A DNA stretch of 64,000 bases, from NCBI GenBank assembly GCA_051294375.1, contig CM119269.1, positions 5,529,609 to 5,593,608 of the forward strand, read 5' to 3'. Source of the stretch: Paraspadella gotoi. Lineage: Eukaryota > Animalia > Chaetognatha. The notes beneath the pieces were generated by a model. That model did no database searches and was not told the DNA's origin. It was given only the letters and a program-made list of their open reading frames with translations. This document shows positions 49,254-63,004 of the stretch, one piece after another (position 1 is the first letter of the stretch; every line of letters begins with the position of its first letter). The position numbers were made by a program, and so were the translations under genes.

Positions 49254-49999
49254 GCGTTTTCTTTCGCCAGCCTCTGATGTATGACGCCGGTTGATTCACG
49301 CGTAAAACCCGATCCTCCTCCTCATCGTTTTCTTCTTCCTCTTCCTCCTTCTCTACCTCCTTTTTCCTCTTCGTCCTTCCTTCCCCCCCTCATGATCGAG
49401 GGAGAACGTGAGACGAAGCGAGAGCGAGAGCGAGAGACACAGAGAGAAAGCGACAGAGAGCGAGAGGGGAAGAAATCCACGACTATTCCTGCATCGCATG
49501 CCTCGTATCGCATGTTGCATGGTGCATGCAGAATGTGCAGGACGATGACTCATACGCGCGAGCATCAACACCTTTTTTTCGTTCCCCCGTTTTTTTCTGG
49601 GCTTTTCTTCCTCCTCCTCCTCATCCTCCTCCTCCTCCTCGTCATCTCCTTCAGCGGATCTGGTCTCGCGGTGGCGAAGGAGTGGAGAAGTGGAGGAGGA
49701 AGGTCGGACTGACTTTGGAGGGAAAAACTTTTTCCTGGGTTTTTACGTTCTTAGGATTCTCGCTCTTTAGTGAGTTTACAGCGAATCACAATGAGTTTAC
49801 GACGAAATTGGTACAAGCAACATTAAAGATATTTCTTTATTCTATTGAATAAGCTATCTAATATCTAGTATCTAGTATCTATTCCCTGACTTTGCACAGA
49901 CTATGGTCGGTTAAGGCTTCCTTCTCTCTCACATAGCCCTCTCACGGACCAGTATATTCACTCAAAGAGTAAGTAGTACTCTTTCAATAAAGTAAGTAG

Positions 50000-50228
50000 T
50001 ATGGTGGACTAAAATGCACGTTCATCTGCGGTCATTGGTGCCGGAGGCAAGTCATTCGCCTCCCAACCTAAAGGTCCGGGGTTCTTGCCCGGTGGTCGTC
50101 TGGCAGTTAAGATGGACGGGGCGCTTAACCCGCCTGTAACATGGTGTTACAGCCTGATCCGAAGCTCAGGGACTGCTTATATTGAACGGTTCTGTCACTA
50201 ACACATAACAAATATCACTATCTCTTCA
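50000..50228 (+). mobile_element. Solo LTR of the tRNA-bearing TRIM
   Basis: Full-length match to 36510-36743, with 4-bp TSD GTAG at 49996-49999 and 50229-50232. Confidence 0.85.
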
Positions 50229-50591
50229 GTAGTATAATTTTTTCTATAAATTATTTTAATTATATAAAAGGACCACTCCCTTAAGTTATGATGCACAGTT
50301 AATTTACAGCGAATCACAGTCAGTTTACACCGGGCAAAGGATAAGTGATTCGTGTTCAAGCAAACATCACCGTCATGTGTGTCTACCTTTTTATTATTCA
50401 CCAATTTAGCATTCGCCACAATATATTATAAATTATATGATGTACTTTATTAATAAAGATTAAATAAGTACAAATTTTTAAAATAGAGGAAACAATAAAA
50501 ATAGGGAAAACTCTTTTCCTCGAAACGAAACTTCAAGGCTTTCGCCAGCAGCGGAAGAAAGGATGGAATCCAGGCGCTTAATGGCCGTAGA

Positions 50592-50692
<101 letters not shown>

Positions 50693-53432
50693 ATCTTTTG
50701 TTTTCATCGTCAGACTCTGCCTCTGACGTCATGAAGGGAATTGCGTCCTCCTCTTCCCGCCGCAAGAGTCGCTGGACGACCCGTTGCGGTAAAGTGGGTT
50801 TTCGCAGGGAAATTACGGGATGTGGTATGAAGTAAAGCATGGAGGGCGGGTAAGGAGTGGGAATTGGAATGAGGGAATGAGGGAATGAGGCATGGAGGGC
50901 GGGTAAGGAGTGGGAATTGGAATGAGGTTCGGAGTCGCAGATAGGGTTGAGCGTTAAGAGGCATGACGATTAAAATTTATTGCAGCGCATAGATTTTCTA
51001 AAGTTTTTATTGATTGACTGATTTATTTATTTATTGAATGACTGATTTATTTCATTTATTTATTTATTTAATTATTTATTTTATTTATTAATTTTTTATT
51101 TATTTAATTTATTTGTTTAATATTTTTTTTTATTTAACAGTTTTGTTGTGGGTACAAAAGAGAATAAAAAGATTGAGAAGGGTAGATTTGCGCGCGATTG
51201 CTATTGCTGTTTACTGTCAGCTAACTCTATTTCGTATAATCGATAATTTCTTTTACTTTCGATAGCATTATTTATTATTATCATTCATTAATTATTTATT
51301 TATTAGTTATTTCACGTTCACACCCGTCAATACCTACCTCAGCCAATTATTTCCCCCGACTTTTTTCAGAGAAGACGGGAGAAGACGCGTCATTACTTCC
51401 TCGTTCCGCTCGCCCCTTTCGCGTCTTCGGTCGTCAATGAAACTCAGAGTCCGTCGTTTCATCCCGCGTCTCTTCGCACGGATGAACTTTGCGTCAGGGA
51501 AGAATGAAAGAGACACCGCGGCGTATTCGACTGTGTTAATTTCAGTTAGATTATCATAATAGTATTAAGATGGAAAATATTATCCATCTTAAACGATTAA
51601 TAAGAGAGTTGAACCGGACTTTCGGTTCGATTTACTAATTTGTCGAATTTAATTTCAGGAAGTTTTAGGTACGTATTTTGGTTCGGCCATATATGTAGAA
51701 TTTAAAGCGTGTCCAGTGTCCACTGTCCACGTCTAATGCAAAACTCCGAGAAAAGGTTACTTACTACTTATTGGTAATAATATTATTATTCTTTTTTGGA
51801 GGAAGAAGTTACGGTTATGATTCTGGGATCATAGGATAGAAGAACCGAATCCAAGGTAAGGCGGGAGAAGCTTCGCACAGATGAAGATTCCTGGTTACGA
51901 ATACAATGCATTTTTGCTTTAAACGTATTTTAACGTCATCGGGACTCATCTCGAGTTCTTTAAGTTTTCTTAACTCACGATCGCCGAGGATCGTTGCTCA
52001 ATTGCTCATTTAACTTCAACTTCGTGCGTAAAATATTTACACGAATCACCATAAGTGAATGAAGAATGAAGAAAAATGCTTGAAATTTACAAAGATAAAC
52101 AGAACATTACATTTGCCCTTTAAAAAATTCACGATTTCATGGGATCCGCTTAGGTATTGGCTTTTAAACGTCTACAGCATCGAGAAAAATGACAACGACC
52201 GCTTGATTCAGGACCTCATGAAAGTCTTCTTTTAGGTATATAACTTTCATGATGCCTCAACAAAGATAAAACTAAATCACAAACAAAATCAAATCCGACG
52301 AAAAGAAAGCGAAAGAAGAAAAAAAAAAAAAGAAAGTAAAATCACATAAAGCACTACTATAATTATTGTACTACTATTTACGTACGTACTACTATTTACA
52401 CTGCTTTTACTCTTAATAATACGAACACTGCTAGTACAACAATTAAGTACCAGGTTTCACACTACGATTTCCTCTATAGAAAACCAACATAAAACGAAGA
52501 AGAAGAAAACAACAACAAGACGACGACGACAACATCAACCACTTTGCCCTTTCAGAAGTACATTTGCCCTCTTCCAATGTCTGAGAAACCTCAACTGCGC
52601 AATCGCGTGTTTGATTGAAAAGAAAAAAAAACCGAAATTCTGGAAAGTCGTGCGCGACTCCGAAATCGAATCAAAACCAAAAATATAAAAATATGAGGAA
52701 GAAGCGAAATAATGTATCCATTCATTCTTTAATCGCGGGGTTTCCAAGGAACCATCGAGAACGACGCGTGATAGGTCGACTCAGTCTCGTGTGGAACAAC
52801 GACGCGTTCTCATTGGTCGAGCCGCGAGTTGGAGGATCGCGACAGGTTCCTCAAAAAAACGCAACATTTCATATTTTTGTATTAAAAAAAAACACTTTAT
52901 TTTCTTCGTGATTTGAATGATTTGCATCATTGTGAGGAGACGTTCATAATGCTGATTGGGTTAAAAGTTCAAATCTTAAAGTAATATTAAAGATAGATTT
53001 TATTTCAACGCTCTGACCGTCCAATTGGGAATTTCGAAGTTCCTTCAAAACTAACTCTAGTAATATAAAAACATGGTCACTAAAAGATTACCACCTATTA
53101 TCGTGGAAAGACAGTGGAAGGCTACCACCGAGGGGGAATGAGAGGGGAAAGTTTTTGTAAATAGGGCCTGTGGTAAGTCCCCTCACCACGTTATTTAAAA
53201 AAATATCTAGATCTGTTTTGTAGGTTTTTTTCAGAAATAGAAAAAAAAGAATATTGTTGCGCTATATATACGGAAAAAAACTAAACAAAACGAATAAACG
53301 AAAAACAACTAATAAAGCCTTGAAGGCGCATGAAAAAAAAACAGTGACTCATCCATCAAAAATCTCTCGAAGATGGCAAATTGATTCGACCTTTCCCGAT
53401 CCAACTCATTCGCGCCAAATCGAGCAACGACG

Positions 53433-56005
53433 ATGATCACTTGCAACAAGGCGCTCGTGTTCAGGTGCAACGAATCCAGCGGCAGCGGACCAGAACTTCT
53501 TCGGCAGGTCTCGAGCCCGCTGGGTGGGATTGTGATATAGGAGCGTGAGTCAGAAAGATATCAAAAGAAGCTCGTGAAGGGGCAGTTATGATAGCAGTGA
53601 GCACGTTGTTTAACCTTTTTTCTTGGAACAACAATACCGCAAGCAATAAAATCGCAACTAAACATTAAACAATGAAATTTACCCCGAATTAAATTAAATT
53701 AAATTAAACTCCCGCTCAGGTTCTGTTGGAGCGAGGCTGGCAGGAATACGACAGCGACGGATCAGCGAATGGCGACGACGAATCCACTAGAGAACCAGAC
53801 TGGAATCTTTGGTGGAGGACGTCTCGGTTCAGGATGTCCGAGTACAACGAGATTATGCCCTGGCAGAGGCTCAATCACTACCCCAAGGTTGAAAGAGGGG
53901 AAATGTTTGGTTTGGGCAGAGTCTTGATCACTATCTCAAGGTTGAAAGAGAGAAATGTTAGGTTTGGGAAGTGTCTTAATCACTACCCCAAGGGTGAGAG
54001 AGGAAAATGTTAAGTTTCGGCAGAGTCTTAATCACTATCCCAAGGTTGAAAGAGAGAAATGTTAGGTTTGGGCAGTGGCTCAATCATTGTCCCAAGGGTG
54101 GAACAGAAAAATTATAAGTTTGGGCAGAGGCTTAATCACTTTTTCACAGTTGAAAAAAGTAAGTTTGTTCAGAGGCTCCAGGGAAAATACCAACAGATCA
54201 TTATATCTTATAAAATGATATAATAAAAATAAAAGTACAGGATTAACAGCGTAAATAACAAAAACTGTAATTTCAATGTGTTGCGCCGCTGTATCTGACA
54301 TATCACAAATATTTCCAGGTGATCACGTAATTACATAATTATAAAATATACTATTGTTGATCACTTATCTGCAAAGTTTTAACTAAATCAACCATATTAC
54401 ACGAAATATACTATGATGAGGTAACCATAGTACTCCGTATTAAAGTTTGCACATGGACAAGATTCCTTATTAGCCTCAAAAGTATTGATTAAAATGACTC
54501 AGTAATACTCAGTATTTAATGAGTTATGCTACATTAAATTTTGGGTTATATGATTGAATTTTTAGATGATCACGTAACTGTACAAATATTATACATATGC
54601 AATGAATTATGCATTATGCATATTAAAGTTCTTATGGGACCATACCTTTCTACCATATATGAACTAAATTGAAGTAGTATTACCGTAGTTATGATCAATT
54701 TTAATGAAAGTATGACAAACCGACAGATGTACTGACTGACCGATCGACCGCCAGACCGACCTACCGATTAACACTCAAATGTCTTATAGAGTTGCTCACC
54801 GAATACTCGCGGCGTAACCACAAATGCCGTATACTATACATTCAAAAAAATTCTTCTTTAAAGAATTTCGGCCAGAAAATCTACGATGTACAAAAATTCC
54901 TGGGTCGACCCTCAATATCAAGGTTACCGAGTAGAGCTTCAAGTCCCACTCGTAGTTCAAGGCCAAAATACGACGAGCTAGAAATGGAAGACAGAAAGAA
55001 AAAAAAATTGAAGCGAGAAAAAAGGAGAACGAAGGAAGAAAGTAGAGCAAAGAAGGGAAAAAAAATTGTAGAAATGTAATAAAATTAATTAAGAGGAGAG
55101 CCTGAAAAATGAATGAAGAAAGAAGGAAAGAAATAAAGGAGAAAAGAAAAAAAGAAAAAAGAAAGAAAGAAAGAGAAAAAAAACCTTGAAATAAACAGAA
55201 ATAAACAAACAAACGTCGAGCCGGTTTTTTTTTGTTTTTTTTTGAGAATTCGATGACGTAATTCAACTTAAAGGCAATTAAGCGCGACAAAAATCTAAAA
55301 TATATATGTTATATATACATTTGTCTTTTGTATATTTGTAAAATCGTTGTGCAATACTATTATTAAACTCTACACTTTGTAATCTGATTTAACAACGAAA
55401 AGAAAGGAAACGATGCGATCATATATATTTGTCATAATTTAAATCTACCACTATTTAATCCCTCTTCCCGCGACAGACGACTGCCATCACTAAGAAGGAT
55501 TGTCTCTTGCGTCACATGCGTCGAATGAAGGGAGTCTTCGGAACGCTTTACAATTTCATCCCAGTCTCTTTCAATCTGCCCAACGATTATACGAAGTAAG
55601 AACTTGAGATTAGATGGAATTGTTTTGACCGATGAGGCGTCGTCGTCGTATTGGCCAATCTCTTTATTAATTTGTTTGACACAGATTTTTGACGAATAAA
55701 AACGAAATCCGATCCTCGTGACGTCAGCTTCCGCGACTCATAAACCGAGAATTCAGTTTCGAATCGTCTAAGCTTTAGTTAATTATAATTTTATATCGAT
55801 TTATTTAATATTAATAAATTATATATTTTATAATTATATATAATTATGTGTAATATATTTAAAACAGCTCTCAGAATATTTTTATTGGTTACAGCGTTAA
55901 GGATTTTTTAATTTTTTGACTTATGAGAAAACAGAAAATACTTGAGACTAAGAATCACGCATAGGTTGTAATAAAATTATTGATTTGATTTGATGAACTC
56001 TTAAA

Positions 56006-56051
<46 letters not shown>

Positions 56052-59000
56052 TCTCTTCCATCTCATCGTCTCTCTCTCTCTCTCTTTCCCCTACTCCTTT
56101 CTCAGGTTTCGTCGCAGAATACACGAAGCAAAGAGACAAATCGATATGGATTTGCAAACCCGCGGATTTATCTCGAGGCCGAGGAATCTTTATATTTAAA
56201 GACCTCAACGATTTAGGTGCACAGAGTTTTTGGAGTCACGCCGCCGAAAAAAAATTTCGGACGAATTTGGCCCATATAGTTTTTTCTTATCTTTTTAGCC
56301 TACGACTGCAACGCGGTGGTGCAGAAGTACGTGGACGATCCTCTCCTCATTTGCGGCTACAAATTCGATCTCCGAATGTACGTCTGCGTTCCATCCTTCC
56401 ATCCTTTGACTCTCTATCTCTACGAGGAAGGGCTCGTTAGGTGAATATCGGAGATTCGAAAGGTTCTCTTTTAAGTGTCACTTACCAAATTACGGTATTA
56501 TCGAAATCGATTCAAAACCGAATTACGTTTGGTTGAAGAGGCTGGTTTTAAGGGGCGCCACATCCGCAGCGGTGTCACCTCGTGGTGACAGCGATGTTCA
56601 AGTAGTCCAATTGCCCATACCTACTGGCGGGTTACCCGGTCCATCCCACTTTCTACATGACAACCTGAGTGCTCGAACCAGGGACGTACTTTGAGATGGT
56701 GCATTAGTTCACTGATCTGTGGTGAATCACCACTGGTGAAAGGGCCACCAGATGGTATTCTTTTCTATTTTTCGTCACTTAAACTCTTGTCTTTATACCG
56801 GGATTAATACAAAATTTATATACGTGCTCGCCTTGAATTCCAGATTCGGGACTGAAAAATACAATTTGAATAATTTAGAAAACGTCTACTCTCATTTAAC
56901 TAATACGTCAATAAACAAATTCAGGTAAAAAACTACTAAATATTTTACTGAGTGGATTCCGGTAGTACTTCTTTTCAAAAATTTAACTAAATTAACAGTT
57001 TTGATTCTTAATTCATTCAGCCCGACTTACGCGGTTGACAAAGAGCGCATCGGACCCGGATGTAAATGGAGTCTGGCGCAACTTAAAAGTTACTTGCATC
57101 AGGTGAGTCTCGAGGTCACGCAACTCTCGGTTAGTGAGGAGTTTGAGGGAACACGAATTTTAAGTTTCTAATGTCTGACTCAATGCTCACATTTCGTCAA
57201 GTATTAATCAATCTATCTATATATCCTTCTATCTATCTATCTTTCTTTTATTTATTTTTTTAGATGAATATAGACGATTCTTTGCTTTGGCCGCGAGTAA
57301 TTTCGATATGCACACTCACTATTCTTGCTCAGGTAAAAATTTCCGGAAAAAAGTATTAATATATTTTATCTAATCAAAGCAAGCAAACTAAATTTAAAAA
57401 AAAAAACTCTTAAGAGGGCCGCAATAACGCAAGGCTCTTAAATACTACTTGCGATCGCACCTATTAGACTTACTTTTCGACAGGTGCCGTCTGTGCCGCG
57501 CATCTCCAACTGTTTCGAATTGTTCGGCTTCGACATTCTTGTCGACGAACACATGAAGCCCTGGCTGTTGGAGGTCAATTTCTCTCCCTCGCTGGGGTCT
57601 GACTGTCAGGCGGACATTCAGGTGATTTAATAACCGTGGACGAGGCAGACATTCTTCAGATTAGACCATTGGACATTCAGGTGATTTAATAACCGGGGAC
57701 GAGGCAGGCATTCTTAGATTAGACCATTGGGACATTCAGGTGATTTAATAACCGTGGACGAGGCAGAAATTCTTAGATTAGACCATTGGACATTCAGGTG
57801 ATTTAATAACCGGGGACGAGGCAGGCATTCTTAGATTAGACCATTGGGACATTCAGGTGATTTTAATAACCGTGGACGAGGCAGACATTCTTTAGATTAG
57901 ACCATTGGGACATTTCAGGTGATTTAATAAACCGGCGGACAGTGCAGACATTCTTAGATTAGACCACTTGGGACATCAGGTGATTTAATAACCGGGGACG
58001 AGGCAGGCATTCTTAGACCATTGGGACATTCAGGTGATTTAATAACCGGGAACGAGGCAGACATTCTTAGATTAGACCATAGGGACATTCAGGTGATTCA
58101 GGTCCGCGACCTGGCGATTATTTAAGCAGGCACTACTAGCGCCAGATACTAGAAATTATTTTTTCTACTTTACGATTGAGGTTTACATTGTATTCCTTTC
58201 ATACAAGTAACATCTCTAACTAGTATTCTACTATCGTTAATAATTTGATACTTTTGATTGTTTGCCAGGTTAAAAAACCCCTTTTGCATGACTTACTCGA
58301 TTTGCTCAACTACAAAGACACGGACGCCGAGCACGGACAGGGTCATCTCTACAACAAAGAGAATAGACAAAAGTACAACATCGGACTGGGCAGCTCATCC
58401 ATGACAGGTTTTAACGGAGTGTGAGGGCCTTCGGGCAATGGTTAAGCCGGATGCTCTTTTGTTTGAATAATCGATAGCAGAAGAAATTGCTTTGGTCAGT
58501 GAACCCGGATCCGTGCGCGTGCCATCTGCGCGGACCGACGGACAAAACTTCCCAGCGACGTCTTCCTAGCTTATGCGCTTCTTTACGGTAAATATTTTCG
58601 GTGCGATTAGATTAAGAAAAAAAAAAAGCTTATCCACGAATATTGTGGGTGTATAAAATTTGAGTTCGACCAATCTGAAATTATTAATTTAAAATCAAAC
58701 GCATCCTATCTCAGGATGAATCTTATATTTCAAGTATATTCCAAAATCCGCAAACACCAATCAGTTAAAATTCTATTAATGAGTAAAGAGGCCGTCCCCT
58801 CGCTCTTCTTTTTTCTCACGAGAGACTCCAACTTTTCCCTCGGGAATTTCCGCGCAAATGTCTTCAATCTCTTGCTCCTTGAACTCTAGGGCACGCCCCC
58901 ATTCCGAGAGAGTTATTTCACCTTATGAAAGATGGATCAAAAATCTTCGAATCAAATCAAGAAGTCTTCAGAATTCTGGCGTTTTCTAAAAAGGATACGA

Positions 59001-62000
59001 TTTAGAGTAGACTACGTAGAGAGGCGTTTTTTCCCTGTTTCTTATTTTTAAACGTACCAGTTTAATTGCAATTGCAATGTTTGTCCAAAGTGAAATGTCC
59101 TAGTAATTGATTGCTCGAAAATCTGAATTCGCGTAGTCCAATAATGGCGCGATGCAATGATATTCTTTTTTTCTACTCGCTGTCCTAAATCTTACCGTTC
59201 AAATCTGTGTCGGCGCCGTCCAAAAAAGGGGCGATGCAATGCTCCAACGACTTCAGCGGCGCCATCAGTTGAAAGAGTTCCGATCTTGAAGCCACGCGGT
59301 CGTGGGAGACGTCGATATTGCAGAACTCCCACAGGACGGGAATGCGCACGGGGTTATTGGCGTACCTGACAATAAGTCGGTGAATACAATTAGCTGTTAA
59401 TATTGTTAAATAGCATTTAAATATTATTGTTTATTGGTATTGTTAAAAAATACGATGGGGTATAACCCTTTAGTACAAACCTGGATTTTTTATGTAAATC
59501 TGAGTAATAGGTTGGGAGTTCTTTGCGACTATCAAAAGATTCCATTACTCTGAATAAAATTTAAAGTAAAAAAAATGAGAATATATATATATATATATAT
59601 ATATAATGGATATATAAGACTTAAAGGAGTTAAGTTTTTACCCTTTGAGCCAATCTGCCATGCGTCCAGGAAAATGTTGAAGCTCGTCTGCTGTACAAAT
59701 TCGTATCTCCACACAGGCGCCGTAGTAATCAATCTTTTGGTCGAGTACAGAACTAATGAGAATTAAAATAACAGATATATTCCTAGAATTAAAAAAAAAT
59801 CTTTTGAAATATATGATTTTTTCTGTCCAAGAAAAGTAAGTTATATTATTTTTTAATCATATATTTACATTTAAAATAAGGAAGGAAAATCAAAGATTGT
59901 TTGAAGAAAAGCTCGATATCAATAAAACAAAAAAGGGTAATTCAAATGTGTTGCACCGCAGTAACTGCCTTATCACGTGTATTTTTCGTGACATGACATG
60001 ACTCGACATGACTACCATAACTTTTTTAGCCCATGTATTTATGACACGCACTGCGGCGCTTGTAGTCACTTAAAATTGAGGATTTTCCCTTGTTAACAAA
60101 TGATCATTGAGAAACCAACTATATGCATTATGCAATATGCAAGTTATGAGCATTTTTATCGTAAGTGGGACAGACCGAAGGACAGACATACCGACCGACC
60201 TAAAAGTGACTTATTGAGACAAATTAAGAATACAGAAAAAAATACAAACCCAACCTGTCTAGACAGTCTGTATCACCCTTGGTGCAGAGACAATGTTGGC
60301 GCCAAAACTCACATTCTGAGTTGAACGTCACATTCGCGTCACTGCAAACGTTGTTTCGGAAATTTATCTCCAGAGGGCAGGCCTGTGGGTAAAATAATTA
60401 AGATTCTTGCCCCTGTCTGTTCGCCTCTCTGTCTCTCTCACTCTTTCTCTTCTTTTTAAACCACAGTTACTCAATTAAAATAAATATACTTATTAATACT
60501 CTTGAATATTTAAGATAAATTATTTCTGATTCTATTTCTTTTTCAACCACATGTAAGAGGAATTTTCCGAATATAGATCTAACGAGATTTATTTCCCGCC
60601 AATTTATTTCCCGCCAAGTTCTCCAAGGAATCCGTCATCAAATGATAATTAATCTTGAATTAATGGTTCATCGCGTTTCCCCGGGAAGGGGCGATGTCGA
60701 CGACGCCGACGATGATGCCGACGACGACGATGATGCCGACGACGACGATGAAAGACGATTGTTTTTCTTCCCTTTTCGTTTTAATTATGGATGCAGACCG
60801 AAATGGTTATCTATTATCTTTTGAAAAGTCGCTACAATATTTACTTATAATTGATTAAAATGGAACTGTAGTCGGTTTTTTTTTTTACAATCTGGGGGCA
60901 TGACTTCGAGCATTGCATTCGGTATTCCCCGCCTATAAGCTTGACAACTTTTGTCGTACCCGGTTGCTCATTGAGTAATACCATCAGGCTCCAGGATCGA
61001 TCCCCAACAGTATCTACCCTGCTGGTAGAGTGAGGACGGTCATAAAACGCCTTGGGAGCGTGGAAAACCCACAAGCCTGGTTCCAAGCCCAGGACACGTT
61101 CGATGGCTGCTCGAGTAGTTAAAGAAGTTTAGGATAGAACTCTTCAGCAGACTTAGCGCCTTATCCATATAACTACGGAAGAGACGTTACAACATGTCGC
61201 CTTAGTAATAGTTATGTGTATAAAACTGGATTTTTACGAAACATATTAAATACACTAAACACGTCTTAACACACCTTGACACACTGACAACCGGCTTCGC
61301 CCTTGTCGTCGGAAACGCACTCCTCTCCCTTCTGACATCCGAGATTTTCGCAAAGATCTGTCGCTGCCGTCGAAAAATCCGATTTCATTTTGAGTTATAT
61401 GTTAATTGAAAAAAATGAATTAACCTTCTTCGATGTCTCCTCCGAGACAAGGATTATTATTTAAACTCAGCTGCAGCAACACGTGCACCAGCACGTTTAT
61501 CCATAAGTTGCGGTGCGCGACGACGTTGAGTAACATGATCCGACTTTCGAAATATTTCTAAAATCTAATATCAATTTTTATTTTTTTTTAGTCCGTTATA
61601 ACTATCGTCACGAACACGTTACAAACGATAACAAATTCAAAATTAATGTTAACATATTTTTAATAGCGATATTTTTCTTAAGATAAGCACGAAAATTACG
61701 ATTACACTCGGTAGCGAAAATGGCAGGAAAAAACTTTTTCCAAGAGTTTAAAAACTAAAGATAAAAGTTGTGAAGGGAGGCGGTCTTCTGGAAATCATTG
61801 CTATTTTCGTGAAAAAAAAACTAATTTTCAACGAATGTTTTTTTTTTCCATGAAAAAAAAAGTTTACAGTAGTTTTTTTTATCTCAACATTTTTTTAAGC
61901 AAAAATTGTTTTTTCTTGAAATCTGTTTTTTTTTTAATCTTTTTTTTAAAATCCTGAAATCCGTGAAAAGCATCGTCTTTTCATCGTTGCTGTGGTTAAA

Positions 62001-62431
62001 GTAAAAGATCGAGATTTCGATAAATTACTTAAGACTCTTAATAAAAGCAGTGAATAAAAGGAAATACGCAGTGAATAAAATAAACGGGAACAAAATTGTT
62101 TGTAAAATGAAAGAAAGGTGCCTCAATAAGGGAATACATTAAATAAAAAAAGATTACGATTAAATAGCTTTTTACTTAAGAAAAATTAATAAAATAATTT
62201 ATTTAGAGTGAGATCGAGTGAACTTTGACGTCAACGCCTCGGTCTCCTTTCGTCTTTGACGTCATTTTGAAACTTCATTACAAGACGTGACGATTTGGAG
62301 AAAACTTAAAAACTTAATATATTTAATTCGAGTTTTTTTTTGTTGAGGGGAAAACTTTCAAAACTATGTATATAAATAGACAGGTTCCAGAACTTAATCC
62401 GGTCACGGCTCCCTTATAATTTTTGCTTTTC

Positions 62432-62487
<56 letters not shown>

Positions 62488-62891
62488 GCGCAATGAATTT
62501 TCCTCCTCGAAATAAACTCGATGCCACGCCCTCGACTTACCCTCCCTTCATCCTTCACTCACTCTCATGCTCCGCTCTTTGTCCTCCTCCGACCTCTAAC
62601 CTCCTTCCTCACCCCACTTTCCTTCTCTCCACCCCCTCTTCCACAGGACCGGGCTTCCCGTCGATTCCGACTCCGAATGGGACGACGAGGGGGAAGATCC
62701 TGACGTCAGCGTCGGCGCTTCCGGATTCGGCGCCGCGGCGTCGACCTCGGGCGCCGGCTCCAAGGATCGGTCGCCCCTCAAGGCGCCCGAGGTGGCGGGC
62801 CTCGGCGGGCAGCAAGGGAAGGCGATCCGGAGTTCAGGTGGTGGGAGCAGCGGGGAAGAGGGGGGCAAGAGGGGTAGAGTGGGTGGAAGGG

Positions 62892-62965
<74 letters not shown>

Positions 62966-62968
62966 AGA

Positions 62969-63004
<36 letters not shown>

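Noticed and set aside
60901-61150. RNase MRP or hammerhead identity for the 245-nt repeat (starts GCTGAAGAG on the minus strand)
   Set aside because: It lacks the MRP P4 GAAAGUCCCC motif and the hammerhead GAAA after stem II.
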